A stretch of 64,000 nt of DNA from Octopus vulgaris (GCA_951406725.2 OX597823.1:56854001-56918000); one strand, 5' to 3'. Counted from the first letter of the stretch, positions 23,991-38,855 are shown. Made by a program: numbers and translations. The notes: generated by a model not told the origin, from the letters alone.

Positions 23991-26638
23991 ATTATTACTA
24001 TTTTTATTATTGCTGTTATTGTTGTTGTAAACGCGGTCAGCTGGCAGAATCGTTAACACGCCGGGCAAAGTGCATAGCGGTATTTCGTCTGTTGTTACAT
24101 TCTGAGTTCAAATTCCGCCGAGGTCGACGTTGTCTTTCATCCTTTCGGGGTCAATAAATTAAGCACCAGTCTAATCAATTAAGTAATTATCAAATAAACA
24201 ATAACATGATAATTGGATCATTGTGGTTAGCTATTAATCTGCCGATTAATTAAAATCTGAGTTTTTACACTAGGACAAACCCATTTTCATTTAATTATGA
24301 AGCTGTTATACTTTACTCGTAGTCTTTGGTAAACAAGGATAAGTTTCTTTACCACCTGAGATTTTAGAACTAAACTACTTTGCTTCTTGCAAGATCAGCG
24401 GCTGATTGTCACTTGTTTGTTTATATATTGCGAGTAGGAACGAATGATTGCCAATTCTAGCAGGCAAGTGTCCACTATTGAGAAAAGATAAGACCCTGTA
24501 ACTAGTTCTGGTCGACTGGTTCGTTCCCTTACTCGCAATGTATGTTGCTAGTAAGGTTGTGTGTCGTTAACCAGCTGGGAAAATTATTTTTCTGGGATTA
24601 AAGTTTAGTAATAGTTCTGTATGGAACAGCCACGCTGAAGTGGCAGTAAACATTACTTTTTAGTATCGTTATTACCTACAACTGTTATAGAGATTTTTCA
24701 ACTAGCTGCTTTGCTTCTTGATTTTAAAGGGACAGGAGGGAAACACTTTGTCGCTTATCATTGATGTTGTCAGTGCTATTGTTTAACCACACACCAGATC
24801 TGACCGAGAACCCCGTGGTTAAAGGTGTTCTGTTATCAACCAACCTGTCTTTTCAGAGTATTTATAACGACCTTAGCTAATGTGCATTTTATTTTTTAAA
24901 ACGTCGACAGAAAGTGGTTTGATTTTTGAGATTTAGTTGACATTTTAAACCGAGCATTAACGTTTTGGTTTACAAAATAAGTATTAATATTCGTTTTAAG
25001 GCGTATAAAATGAATTTACCTCATCAGTCACTCCCCCCTCTCTCTCTCTCCTTGTCTCTCTCTTCCTTTCTTTTTCGTTCAACCTTTATTCTTTGTTTAC
25101 CACTTTTCTCTCTCTCTCTCTCTCTCTTTATTGGTCTTTATCAATTAGTTCTCTTTTCTTATGAATAATATTTCTTGGTATCTACATCGCTAACACCGCT
25201 ATATACACATTGTCAATAGAGCAGGAGTTAATATTTTCCAGATATGGATTTTCTTTTCGAGCTATAAACAAACGATTGTCTTTTTTTTTTTATGATAAAG
25301 GGAATCTATTCGTCAATAGCGTATATTTACAAAATTTATAATGTTAAAATTGAAATTTAGAAATATTTTTTTTCTGATATTTTCTTCAATTTTTTTCATT
25401 TTGGTTCGTTTTTGCCTGACATTGCTGTTTGCGAATGAATAAACACACGAGTCAATGGAATGAGAAAACAGAAAATCTATAGAATTATGAAAGTTTTATG
25501 GGAGTTTCCTATATAGGTTTCGATATAGAAAAGTTTAGTAATGCATAAAATAGAAAGTAAGAAGAATATCTAAAGTGAGACATTAGAAAACTGCTCTTAT
25601 TTTCAATTCTTAGTTGGCATAAAACAGCAGCCATATATACACTTCACCGCTTCCTACTATCGTCTTAAAGAGAGGACAGGTTAGCTAATGTTGTCCTAGA
25701 GACAGATAAAATTTATATTGTTACGAGTGGAACACATGTGATCATAGGTCTAACCGATAAGGACTGACATGGGGTTAAACTATAATAGCAACAAATACAA
25801 CAGTAAAAGCAAAAACAATGCCAATAACAATGAGTAAGATACTAGGAAGAAAGAGAGTTTCCCGCCTATTGTAACACCAATTATCGAATCGTAGTTATTA
25901 TATTAGTTTCATATATTGTCAATATACACATACAAGAATATAACTTTTGTGTAGGTTGGGTTAATATACAGAAGGCAATCGATTCCATCAACTGATTGAT
26001 ATTTATTTTATCGACATCAGAAGTATGGAAGTTAAACTCGATACGTTGGCCCATGAGTGCAAACTTGACTGCGTAGGCAACAACTTTGCTTTGAAACAAT
26101 ATCGTTTCAGGTTCAATCGGATTTTACAAAAGCGCCAACAACCAAAAGTCTGTGAGAGAAATTTGGTAGACGAAAAATGTATGGAATCCCGTCTGTGAGG
26201 CAGCTCCTATTCTTCGATGGTAGAATTAAACCGATATTCTGTTTAACGCAACTAGCTGCAAATATTTGTGTAATATCTTCAGTGGAAGTGGAAGTTCCTT
26301 ATCTTAGTTATTATACGGTTAGTACATTTATTATATTAGTTATTACATAGTTAATGCTGTTATTACATTACTTATATATTTAATACATTTATTTTCTCAT
26401 CATAAAGCTACTGCCGTTATTACCGTATTTTCCGGCATACAAGTCGCCATCGAATGTAGGGTAAACATCGTATGTTGGATAAACATATAGTTTGTAGGGT
26501 AAGAATCGTATGTAGAGTAAACATTGTATGCAGGGTAAACATATAGCGCAAACATTCAAATATCGCCCCCGTCTTTCCAAATGCTATTCTACATCCAAGG
26601 TACAATTGTGCTGGTTTAAAAATGTTTTTCAACATAGG

Positions 26639-26686
<48 letters not shown>

Positions 26687-26719
26687 AATATCATGTACCT
26701 TATGTGGATATACTGTAAT

Positions 26720-26955
26720 AAGCCACAACACTGCAGCATTCGTCGTGAGAAAGCGTCTCATAAAGCGTTGGAGTATCAGTAGCAGACGAAACTCGTCCAG
26801 GATTTCTGTATATTTGTGCGTCGTCGGTAGTAGGTATTCAGAAACAACTGTATGCTGAAACAATTTTCGCTTCTACTGATATACTTTCGTGACTTTTTGC
26901 ATTATAAATTTATACGCGACTCTTTCTCATGACAAACTCCGTAATGTCGTGACTT
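26720..26955. mobile_element. Old foldback MITE-like inverted repeat
   Basis: AAGCCACAACACTGC...TCGTGAGAAAG...TATCAGTAGCAG pairs with CTTCTACTGATA...CTTTCTCATGA...TGTCGTGACTT. Confidence 0.55.
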
Positions 26956-27661
26956 CCTTGTAATTTTCTTTTTCGTCTGATTGTTGAACACTCAGAGTTA
27001 AATAATTATAGCCAATCACCCGACGTATACACACAAGGATTTACGCTCATAATAGTAGTAAGATGTGCACTACATACATAAAGTAAACATTCTATTAATC
27101 ATTAGAATCTAAAAGTTTCTTTGATCGAAAGTTCCAAGTTTCACTTTTCCGATTGTTTAAAGAATCAATCGAAGAAGGAAAATATCATGCGCGACAATAT
27201 ACAAGGAAAAATATTCGCAAACACATCGAAATATGAAGTGAGTTGTATATCGGGATATGATTGGTTACCAGTGTTAGAAGATGTAGCACATATATTTTTT
27301 ATTCCTTTCCAAGCGTAGTTAGTTGTGATAATTTCACCATTTCAAGTGCAGAAATACTTTAATGCATTCGTCTTTTTAGCACTATGTGGAAAGCAAAAAC
27401 TTATACAAAAGCAAGCAAACAACTTTGTTGCTTCCATAGCCAGTAAAAACCATAAGTAAACTTACCATTAGTGATGCAGAAAACTCTTCTTTAGTATAAA
27501 ATTGCAACACTATATACCTTTTAAACATATTAGTATATCCAGCAAATATCTTTCTTGCTTAGGGTCTCTGAAAAACTGCCACCCCACAAAGAAAACATTC
27601 TTGCAATATATATATGCATTCAAGCATACAGAAAGACGCCTTTCTACTTCACTAACCAGTT

Positions 27662-28334
27662 ATCTAGGTATCTTGTTGGATTCCTCCTTTTCGCCTTCGG
27701 CCCAGTGCGTCCATGCTGCCAACAAAGCACGCGGAATTCTGTTCTTGATTCGACGGTCATCATTCGGAATGCTCACAGCAGCCATATTCCTACCACTCTA
27801 TGTCACGCTGGTGAGACCCATATTGGAGTATGGGATTCAAGCCTCTTCTCCTTATCTCCTCAAAGACATACAGCATCTCGAAAGAGTCCAGAAGCTGGCT
27901 ACCCGCATGGTTCATGGTCTCAGTCCTACGAAGAAAGGCTGAGGACGCTCGACCTTTATTCTCTTGAAAAACGCCGCCGCCGTGGTGATCTCATTCTCGC
28001 CCACAACATCATAAGCGGAAAGTGTAACCTCTCGAAAGAGCTGTTCTTCACTCCTGCTCCAGAGCGTCGGCTGCGGGGTCATTCCGAAAAGCTCTACCTG
28101 CGACGATTTCATCTCAATCGAAGGAGAGGAGCTTTCTCCGTCCGGGTTGCGGATCCGTGGAACAAGCTGCCAGACGAGATGGTAAAGATGCCGACGACCG
28201 CTTTGTTCAAAGCCTCCCTGGACCTCAAGTGGCCTGAACTCTTTACATGAACACCACCCTGTACTTAACTCCATGTCCCCCTACATGGCCTTGCTATTTG
28301 CTTTTGAGCCAAATTAAATAACTAACTAACTAAC
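27662..28334 (+). mobile_element. CR1-type LINE 3' fragment with (ACTA)n tail
   Basis: Frameshifted peptide LYVTLVRPILEYG...LERVQKLATRMV / SYEERL..LDLYSLEKRRRRGDLI...RLRGHSEKL...WNKLP; short 3'UTR and tandem tail. Confidence 0.9.
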
Positions 28335-28848
28335 ATATCTGGAGTGATAACATTTAGAAACATAAAGTGACGGATACATAATAGAACAAACTGCACATTT
28401 CATTGATGCTTCCATAAAGTCGATATAATCGACTTAATCCGTTTGTCTCTCCTTGTTTGTTCTCTCTGTGTTTGGCCCCTTGTGGGTAGTAAAGGAATAG
28501 GTATTTCGTCTGAGTTCAAATTTCGTCGAGGTCGACGTTGCCTTTCATCCTTTCAGGGTCAATAAATTAAGTACCAATTTTGGGCCTTGTGCCTAGAGTA
28601 GAAAAGAATATTTATACGTATATACTGACACGCAGCTTGCTTCCATTCTTTTGTGGAAAAACAAAACAAAAACAAAAACACGTTGAAGTATCTACAACGT
28701 CTAATTAAATATATTTATATACGTATGTAAGTCGGCAATTATATCAGTACATGCAAGTATAGTATATTTCTATTAGATCATATACTTTGCTGGTTTTTCT
28801 GCCCTACAGTCTAGACAAAGATCAGAGTCTAGTATTCTAACCTGCAGC

Positions 28849-28937
<89 letters not shown>

Positions 28938-28990
28938 CATCCATCCATCCATCCATCCATCTATCTATCCATCCATCCATCCATCCATCC

Positions 28991-29071
<81 letters not shown>

Positions 29072-29418
29072 CCTCCCTGTCTGTGTTTGTGTTTATGCAT
29101 ATATATATGTATATAAACATATACGTCTGTATGCGTGTGTGTGTATCTGTGTTTCTATGTGTGTGTGGGGGGGGAGCATGCGTAGAACAACTGAGAAAAA
29201 GTGGTGAAGAGCGACAGAGTAACACGCCCATACAGAGCTACACACGCACGTATATTATTTTCTCCAGTATTCTCTGCGAGTGTGTATTGAGCACTTTGGT
29301 GTTTGACATGAAATGAAAACAACCTTTAACAGTATACACTGACACACACACACACAAGCGCATATATCTATAATATATATATAGATATAGATATATGTGT
29401 GTGTGTATATATGTATAC

Positions 29419-29510
<92 letters not shown>

Positions 29511-29608
29511 GTACGTGTGTAATTGTATAATGTATACATTTGTATACATAAACATATGAACATATAAAGGATATGTATATGCATGTATATATGAATATAT
29601 ACATATGA

Positions 29609-29644
<36 letters not shown>

Positions 29645-30598
29645 GTATATGTATGCACACACACATATATATATAAATATATATGTATGTGTTTTTGTGT
29701 GTGCAAAGAAGTGTGTGTCTATGTACATTTGAAACGCGAATGTTAGCATGTAATGCGTAAAGTACATCGTCTTTATTTTTTCACTCTTCTTTGCATCATT
29801 GTTTTCAGGTAAGTATAACATGGTATAATATATATATTTGGTTCATATATTATTATCCCTTCTTTACGTCGACTTCACCCACCTCCATCGGTTCCTGACA
29901 CCTTGTATTCCGACAAACACTTAAAGACTTTTCTACCGGAGTGTTTATGGTGAAATAATTTATTTATTCTTACATGAAAGCAAAATTTAAAAAAAAAGAA
30001 CAAAAAAAACAAACAAACAAAAAAAAAACTGAAACAAGACAATAAAATAGAAAAATAGAAAATAAATAAAACAAGTATATAGCAGAAAAAAAACCCAGCA
30101 AGCAAAACAACCAACAGCAACAACAAAAAGATAAATAATAAACTAAAAGAAACAAGAAGAAAATACAAGAAAAAATAAGAAACACAAAATATATACAAAA
30201 AAAAAGAAGTTAAACAAATAAAGAAAAAAATGTGTACTGAGAGATCTTTTGAAGAATAATTCAATTCTTATTCAGAGCAAGAAAGAATGGTAAGTTGCTT
30301 TGGAAAATTTTCAACTCTTTTATCTCTCTTTTCTCTCTCTTTTAAGTATCTTAAAAACGCTTAATCTACTGGAAAATTTTTTTTCTTAATTTGCCATAGA
30401 TTTCCCGAAAATCTTTTTTGACAAGCGACAAAGTGTATAATTGATTTCGGTAAATTAAAAATACTGCCTTCTTCTCTCTTTGATAGTAGCAGGCGCAAAA
30501 ATCTGAGGTTTTCAATGTCCATCGACTTACACACACACATACATAGATACATATATACGTATACATACATACATGCATGCATACATACATACATACAC

Positions 30599-30631
<33 letters not shown>

Positions 30632-30694
30632 CATACATACATATATATATTTATATATATATGTATATATATATATTATATACATATATACATG

Positions 30695-30734
<40 letters not shown>

Positions 30735-30854
30735 CTTTATATATATATATATTTACACTCATATGTATGCATATTTATATACATATATAGACATATATAT
30801 GTGAATACATACATGCATAAATGCATACATATACTCCGTCTGTCTCCTTATATA

Positions 30855-30904
<50 letters not shown>

Positions 30905-31387
30905 CACATACATATGTGTATGTATATATACGTGTATGCATATATGTATGTATATACTGATATATATATATGTGTATGAATGTGGGTACGTTTGTGTGTG
31001 TGTTCGTGGGTGCGCGTGCGTATGTGTGTGTGTGTGTGTATAAATGCCTAAAAAGGCAAAAATGAAAAATCTAAACAACGTCGCTAAGCTTTCTCCGACC
31101 AAGCATTCGTGTTTCCAATAAAGCGAAAAATCTGATTTTAGTCTTTCACCGTCTTCCTTCCATTACAATTGTTTCTAGCTATCAGAATCATTATTCCTGG
31201 ATTGCTGTTGTTGTTGTTATTGTTATTGTTGTTGCTGCTGCTGCTGCTGTTGTTGTTGTTGCTGTTGTTGTTGTTGTTGTTGTTCTTCTTCTTCTTCTTC
31301 TTCTTCTTCTTCTTCTTCTCATCACCTTTATACCTTATTATTATCATCAGCATCATCACTGTCATAATCATCGGCGTCATCATCGTC

Positions 31388-31455
<68 letters not shown>

Positions 31456-32344
31456 CCTCATTATCGTCGTCATCATCATCATCATAATCGTTATCATCAT
31501 CGCTACCCTCACTATCACCACTACCAGCATCAGCGCCAATACACCACCACCACCACCACCACCACTGCTGCGACCAACAGCAACTTCATTATCATCATCA
31601 TCATCATCATCATGGTCGTCCGCGTTGTTGTTATTACCATGATCATCATTATAAACATCATCATCATCATGATTACCAACATATATCTCCAGCTCTTCCT
31701 GCTTCTCCTCCTTCTCATCGTCATTATCATCATCATCATCATCATCCTCATCTTCGAAATTCTCTGTCTATTGTCATGTTTCAAGATGATCTGTTCATTT
31801 TTTTATTTTTATTGTATTTATTAATTTCCTCTTTTTTTTAGATTTTATGTTTGATTTGTTTTTTTTTTTTTAATATCTTTAACTCTGTAAACTACTTACA
31901 GATTTAGTTTATTTTAATGAATTATTCAGAAAAATCAATATCAATAAATAAATCAATAATTTAATCATTCTGTCATTCATTTAATCGATTAATAAATCAA
32001 TCATTCATTCAATCAATCGGTCAGTCAATAGATCAATTAATCAATTATTATTTATTTATCATATGCAAGTATTGCTAATAGAATTAATGTCTTGAAATTT
32101 CATAAAGAAATTCTTTCGTCAATAGACGACAATACTAATTTTGCTTGTGGAACTGAAGCTGGAACTCAATCTCCTCGATAAATTAATTCTTCTTCTTGAT
32201 GTCACAAGAATTCTATAAACTTTCGAGGGAACGCGAAATAAACCTTTATTTTGTTTTGAGTATTGGACTCGAAACACATCACACACAAAGCTTTGGGTTA
32301 CAGCATGTAAACACTGGGTTTAAAACCCCACTCTAAGACAGGAT

Positions 32345-32427
32345 AAAAAAACCCTCCAAGAACGTCTGTGCGATTTGAACCGGCACCTAACGCCGACATA
32401 ACAGGCGTTCTCCCACTGGGCCAAAGC
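32345..32427 (-). other. tRNA-like head (A and B boxes) followed by a T7 Pol III terminator-like run
   Basis: Minus strand TGGCCCAGTGGG, stem ACGCC/GGCGT, GGTTCAAATCG, then TTTTTTT; no canonical cloverleaf. Confidence 0.4.
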
Positions 32428-33592
32428 AAACCTTTGACGTTTTCTCTCCACTTTAGAAACATTAATTTTACCAGCGAGATTTGCATGTTGTTGAATTCAT
32501 AGGAGGCGGGGATCCACGTCACTGTGTGGAGTCGGTGCGCTGTAAAGCCACCGAGAAGAAGGCTACAAAATCGTGCACATCTCTTGAGTCTCTTTGAAGC
32601 CTACAGGCGTCCAATATGCGGAGCCTTCGTTTGACAGCACTTGCAGCTGTTTGCAAGTTTGTAATATCAAGAGAAACGCAATCAGAAAAAAATGTGACAT
32701 ACATATGGACAGAAGAGGTATAAAATATAAACATCTGCACTGGGCAGATATAATGTTTTTACACCTTTTATGGTAAGAGATACTGTTTTTTCTCCACTTC
32801 AACTGCAGTGAATTTTCCTTTAGAAATTAAAATATCACAAACATATTTGACTAACCTAAACTTCGTTTATTCCTCATCAATGCTTGTCGCTGACGTTGCT
32901 ATTTTCATTCTGACCGAGCGAGCCACTAGCGCGACACAGTCACGAATGCGTTTTTTTTTTTTTTTTGCTTTTTGTTGAAACTACACTTTCGAATCTGCCC
33001 AGAGTTATCTCTCTTCGGAATTTCCCATTGAGAAAGGCTAAAGAGCCAGAAACGTGCGTTTGGAAATTCGCTAGAGGAAAGCACTGAGCAAATGCGGTGT
33101 TTATATACCTTCTATCATAAGAGAGATTATTTTTCTCCTCGGTAGCTGCAGCAAATTTGCTTTTAGAAGTGAATATATGCAACGAACATATTTTAACTAA
33201 CCTAAAGTTCGTTTATAAACATTTACCTTTAAGATGACTTTGACAGGTAGAATGATCATTGCACGTTTAATATAATATTGATCTGTTAAATTCTTCCCAG
33301 CTGTCAATATATTGTGACGACGGCCACAAATAATTGTGTTGCTAAAACAAGAATTTTTCTCATTGCTAAAGTTTTTATTGTTCTTTTTCTTTTTTTGCGA
33401 TTGGAATAGAACTAAGATGTTTATTTTTATATGTCTTCGTTTCCGTTATTATATGTACGTATTAGATATTAGCTTGCTCTAAGACGATATCTTGGGACTA
33501 AAGTGACTACATTGTAGAAAAATCATAATTGCCATCTATAAAGAACATAAACACTATCAAAGTCATTTTCCAACTATATAATAAACTGTATA

Positions 33593-33760
33593 GTGGTTGG
33601 CGTTAGGAAGGGCATCCAGACGTAGAAAACATTACAAAGCCGAGACTGGAGCTCGGCGCAGACCTGTGGCTCGCCAGATTTCTGTCAAAAGATCCAACCC
33701 ATGCCAACATGGAAAACGGATGTTAAACGATGACGATGATGATGATGATGACAACTACGA
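33593..33760 (+). mobile_element. RTE-related non-autonomous retroposon 3' part
   Basis: GGCGTTAGGAAGGGCATCC, then CAACCCATGCCAACATGGAAAACGGATGTTAAA and a (GAT)n tail; resembles RTE-type bipartite elements as I recall them. Confidence 0.55.
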
Positions 33761-34439
33761 CAATGATGATCTTAAGAGCCGACATTTTCGTCGCACCACT
33801 GCGACTTGTTCTCTGTGGAATTACAGCAGCAATCAGGCTGCAATGGTGCAACGTAAGTTTAAAATGAACGTAACAGATTTTGTGCGTTTCTAGAAGTATA
33901 AAACTGCTATCCAATGTAGTAGTTGCTAAATACTATATTCTATAGAGACTTTTTGATTCTATACAAAATTGTATTTCTCTGAAGGCATAAAAAATTATAG
34001 AGAAAATTCAATGTTTTGGTTTTGTACCTTGTTTTTCTTTTCACTGATGTATAGAAAACTAGCTTCAAATATAAAATTTAAACTAGTAGCACGAAACAGC
34101 GTCGAATAAAATAATCATATTTTATGCACAGCCATATTCTAGACGCTTGTGTACATTTGAATGTGGAAAGACTGTTCACTGTGCAAATAGTCTCGAGAAA
34201 AAAACACATTGGCAATGTTTCATAATATACTGGGCTATGAATGACGCTACTTGATCCTGGGGCGCACACGCTTTCATACCTTTACGCTTTATCAGCTACA
34301 AATAATGGATCAGATTTTCTTCTATGAGAACGTATATGACTATATACATTTAATATAATATAATATAATATAATATAATATAATATAATATACAGTATAT
34401 GTGTGTGCGTGTGTGTATGTATCTATATCTATATACAAA

Positions 34440-34730
34440 GGCACGAAAACTAGAGTTTAGGGTCTTGCACTCACGCTGGCTAGATCATAGGTTCTATTTC
34501 CGGACCGAATGTCGCCTTGTGTTCTTGAGCGAAATACTTCATTTCACGTTGCCCCAGTTCACTCATCTGTAAATGGGTAAACTTGCGACAGGGTAGCCTT
34601 TTGATCAGGGGGATTGTTGGTCTGCTCACCTACTCAGCGAGGTGGCATCATTCGAAAATTAAAACGACACAAAGCGCATTGTGACCAGCGACGTATAACA
34701 ACATCCGATAGTCTGTTCGATCACGTGATG
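34440..34730 (+). mobile_element. CORE-like SINE related to family C, with a different tail
   Basis: CAGTTCACTCATCTGTAAATGGG resembles the CORE domain; the upstream part matches 46950-47020. Confidence 0.6.
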
Positions 34731-35246
34731 ATGTATATATGTTTACGAACGACAAATAGTACATTTGCTGATGTGCGTAAAACCTAATCAAGCAAGAATT
34801 AATTAACTACAGTGGCACGAAGCTGCTCGAATACGATATATGCCTGTACAATGATATCTAAGACGCTCTTCTGCATTCAGATTAGGAAGAACTGGATGAA
34901 CCAATCAAAGGCTCGCATGAGAAAGCAAGGCAAAGTCAATCTCTGAACTCAAAATATAAAAACGGAGGAAATGCTGCTAAACCTTTCGTCCGGCGTAGTA
35001 ATGATTCTACCAGGTCGAAGCGGAAGCTTTACTCCTTTACTTGTTTCAGTCATTTAACTGCGGCCATGCTGGAGCACCACATTAAAAAAAATTTTATCGA
35101 AGAATCGACCCCAGGACTTATTCTTTCTGTCGGTTTTCTTTTGCCGAACCCCTAAGGAAACGGAGACATAAACACATCAACATCGGTTGTCAAGTGACGG
35201 TGGGGGAACAAACACAGACATACACACAGAAACACACATATGCATA

Positions 35247-35540
35247 CTAGCAATGCATCCCGGCGTTACCCGGGTGTTATGGCCTACAGTCGCATTGTAT
35301 TATTTGTTCCTTTCTTATGGGTAGAATCGGCGCACGACGAATACGAAGCAAACGACTCTTCTTTAGAAACATGTTTTTCGGTCATTTTGGGATGAACAAT
35401 GCTGAAATTTTTGAAACCAAAAATATGTACAATGACAGCTTAGATTCGAATGAAATCCTAACATTGCCCCCAAAATGACCTAAAAATTGTGCGACCGAGC
35501 TTTGTTTTGGTATTAATTTTTGTAGTATAATACGTTTGCT
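35247..35540 (-). mobile_element. Helitron 3' end
   Basis: Minus strand hairpin CCCGGGTAACGCCGGG followed by CTAG|T; the upstream boundary is uncertain. Confidence 0.55.
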
Positions 35541-35639
35541 GTGTAAAGTAAGTTTTTATGAACCACCTAGTATGTCAATCCGGGTAATTGTCTTATTTAT
35601 GATTTTTGTTACGCCTGCCCGCAACATCTCCATGCTGAG

Positions 35640-36290
35640 AGCTAATTCCTCAGTATATTGTATGTATGTAGCATTACCGTTCTGCTGAGAAGTCGTTGGA
35701 ATGGCCTATCTTTAATGCCCAAAGCATCTAGCGCCGTACTCGCGGGTCGGCACTAGGCACCACAAGCACCGATTGGGAGTTCATGCACCTCCACTGGCCG
35801 ATCCAACTCCTGCAAAAGCAATGGTATGAGCGGTCGATACTTGCGCACTTTCTCAAGAGATGCCTCTTTCAAAGCATCTTCCTGCTCCTACTGGACGGTC
35901 ACGCCGACGACTACTACTTTCTCAGAGCGGCTAAAGACTAAGTCGGGTATCAACCTGGAGCCTCCCACAATGTACCAAGGCTCCACAGTGATACTCCAAC
36001 CATAGTCGGCAGCTTCTTTCGCCATCAGATCACAGATTTTGTTGTGTCTGGCAAGTCGTGGCCCTTTAAGAGCCCCACAAACTCCACTAACGTGAGATAC
36101 TGTCTGTCCTGTCTACACCTTGGACACGTGGAGTCCCTTCGGCCACCACGTTTCAAGGTCTCTCGGGTGCGAAATACGTTGGAGCGCATCTTGAAAAGAC
36201 TCAGGAAGCAGTTCTACCTAATCCTACCCTGTCTACTTATCCAACTATTGCCAGTTGCATTCTCACGAAACGCCGCCGCACATTTATGAC
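35640..36290 (-). pseudogene. R2-clade-like non-LTR retrotransposon C-terminal fragment (CCHC knuckle and RLE)
   Basis: Minus strand, with stops and a frameshift: NSWI...KMRSNVFRTRETLKRG...CPRC...TVSHVSGVC...RLARHNKIC...EP...RLIPDLVF...VVVVGVTV...EKVRKY...LPIGACG. Confidence 0.75.
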
Positions 36291-36417
36291 TTTCGTTTCT
36301 CATTTTGTTCAACGTTTTTTTGATGCCCTGTACACATATATGCATGTATATATACATATATATATATAAATGTAGGTATGTACATATATGTATGTATATA
36401 TGCATATATTTATATAT

Positions 36418-36470
<53 letters not shown>

Positions 36471-36510
36471 AAATTCTGAGTTTTATTATGGCAGCCGACT
36501 AATTGTCACC

Positions 36511-36568
<58 letters not shown>

Positions 36569-37326
36569 GGCGTCTTACTGTTTCCTTCTCCGAATTCACT
36601 CATAATCTGCACACTTACACACGCAAACATTAATTGGCTATGGTACATAGTTGAAAATAATTGCCCACTTAATACCAGAACCATGTAGTTCGAAAGCGAG
36701 TTCCTTAACCACTTGACCATAGACTTGTTTGATGGAGACCTTTTGCGAAGTGAGACAAAAACTACAGGAAGACAAAACAACAGCAGTAAAAATTAAAAAA
36801 AATCTACGATGAGTATCGAACTGCCAATCTTTCGAGGTTTGGTCAGATTCGCGACTATTAAGACGGTCATACTACGAGTGTAGATAAACTAAAGGTGAGA
36901 CTTGAGGAAGATTTTAGCTATGAATATCCTTTTAAAGTTCTTTCACATCTGGAAGCACATTGTTTTCTCACTTGGAAATTATAAACTTCTTAACAATATT
37001 ATGTTGCCTCTCAATGAAAAACTTTTCTATATAATTACACACACAACGATAAACGTAAGGGCAAACATAGAAATATATACAGCGTATATATGTGTGTGTG
37101 TCTATGTGTGAGTGTATGAATGCGTTTGTGAGAATACATGCGTATGTGCATACATACATACATAGATATATCATATATACACACATATACGAATCCATGC
37201 AAGAGTGTGTGTAAATATATTCATTTATATAGGTGTTCGTGTGTTTGTATGTTTCTTCTCAGAGTGTGTGCCGTTATGTAGACTAATGAATAAAAGCAAA
37301 CACTCATATACATAGACACTTCTGTT

Positions 37327-37362
<36 letters not shown>

Positions 37363-37383
37363 CACACATACACACACATATAC

Positions 37384-37507
<124 letters not shown>

Positions 37508-38326
37508 TACTATATATACATATATATATACCTAAATATACATGTGTATACATATTTAGCATACATTAATGGGTTTTAAATGTAATCTCTTTATCGATAA
37601 TATTTAGAAAAGAATATAAATCTCATAAGTGGTGACACTTTTACATACGTATAATCCTACGTACTAAGGCAAAGCGATACAAATCTACACATACATGCAT
37701 ATTCATACACGGACACATGCGTATTTATATACATACATCCATATCTATATATATATATATATACATATATATATCCACATTCATACTCATACAGACATAC
37801 ACAAACATATATGAGTCTTTTAGATGAGATGTGAAACTTCTGAATACCATATGCTTGTGAGCTTCACTGTGTGTAGATATATGTTTATATGTGTGTATGT
37901 GTATATATTCATTGGTGTGTCTATATAGCCACCGAATGTCTGAATACCTAAATGCAAATATATGATTCATGATTATGTGAACATGCGCATCTATAAATGT
38001 ATGTTTATATGTATTTGCACACACACACATACAGACACACACATATATATATATGTAGTAAATATATATATATATATATGTGTGTGTGTGTATATATATA
38101 TACATGTATATATAGTGAAAACACTTTAGCATTAATTTGATGGTCTTCTCTATACATTTGCAGAATACAAATTTATTATACTTAAACAAGAATATTATTG
38201 GCAGTGATTTCGCCATTGTCGGACGATGTACGTATAAATACATATTTACATACATAAACAGCATATAGATGTAATATACACGAGAACTATACTTTACATG
38301 AAACATGTATATGTATATATATATGC

Positions 38327-38385
<59 letters not shown>

Positions 38386-38424
38386 CATATAAATGAATAC
38401 ATATGTATATATCTATCTACATTT

Positions 38425-38498
<74 letters not shown>

Positions 38499-38855
38499 GT
38501 ATATAAGCGTGCATAGGCGATTGAGAGAGTGGGGAGAAGAGCGTGAAAGTGCGTAGGGTGTTTTATTTTTTGTTGGTTTAAAAAAGTGATGGTTTACGTA
38601 GCCAGATGCATATTATTGAGAAGGCATGAAATAACATAAGCTCCAGTACACAGGTGGTAGCAGCTGTGTACAAATCTTGCACCTACTTATATGTTGATAT
38701 CTTCCTGTCTCAGTAGGTGTAGACGGCATCGATTGTATATAGAGATATAAGTTGTTACATCGGATTCTTTTGAAACAACTGGTAGCTACACTCATACATA
38801 CACATAGAGTGATGACTGCATTCGCATATGCTTATGCATATATATATATATTCAT

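Noticed and set aside
26450-26552. Short ~19-20-bp repeats (TGTAGGGTAAACAT-like) resembling a CRISPR array
   Set aside because: A degenerate minisatellite inside a pogo-type MITE; no unique spacers, no cas genes, eukaryotic context.
31138-31824. Poly-L/I/M/H ORFs as membrane or low-complexity proteins
   Set aside because: Compound trinucleotide microsatellite open in several frames on both strands.
32910-32948. CTGACCGA-GCG..CGC-GACA-CAGTC hammerhead-like string
   Set aside because: Both core segments deviate and the stems are 3 bp or less.
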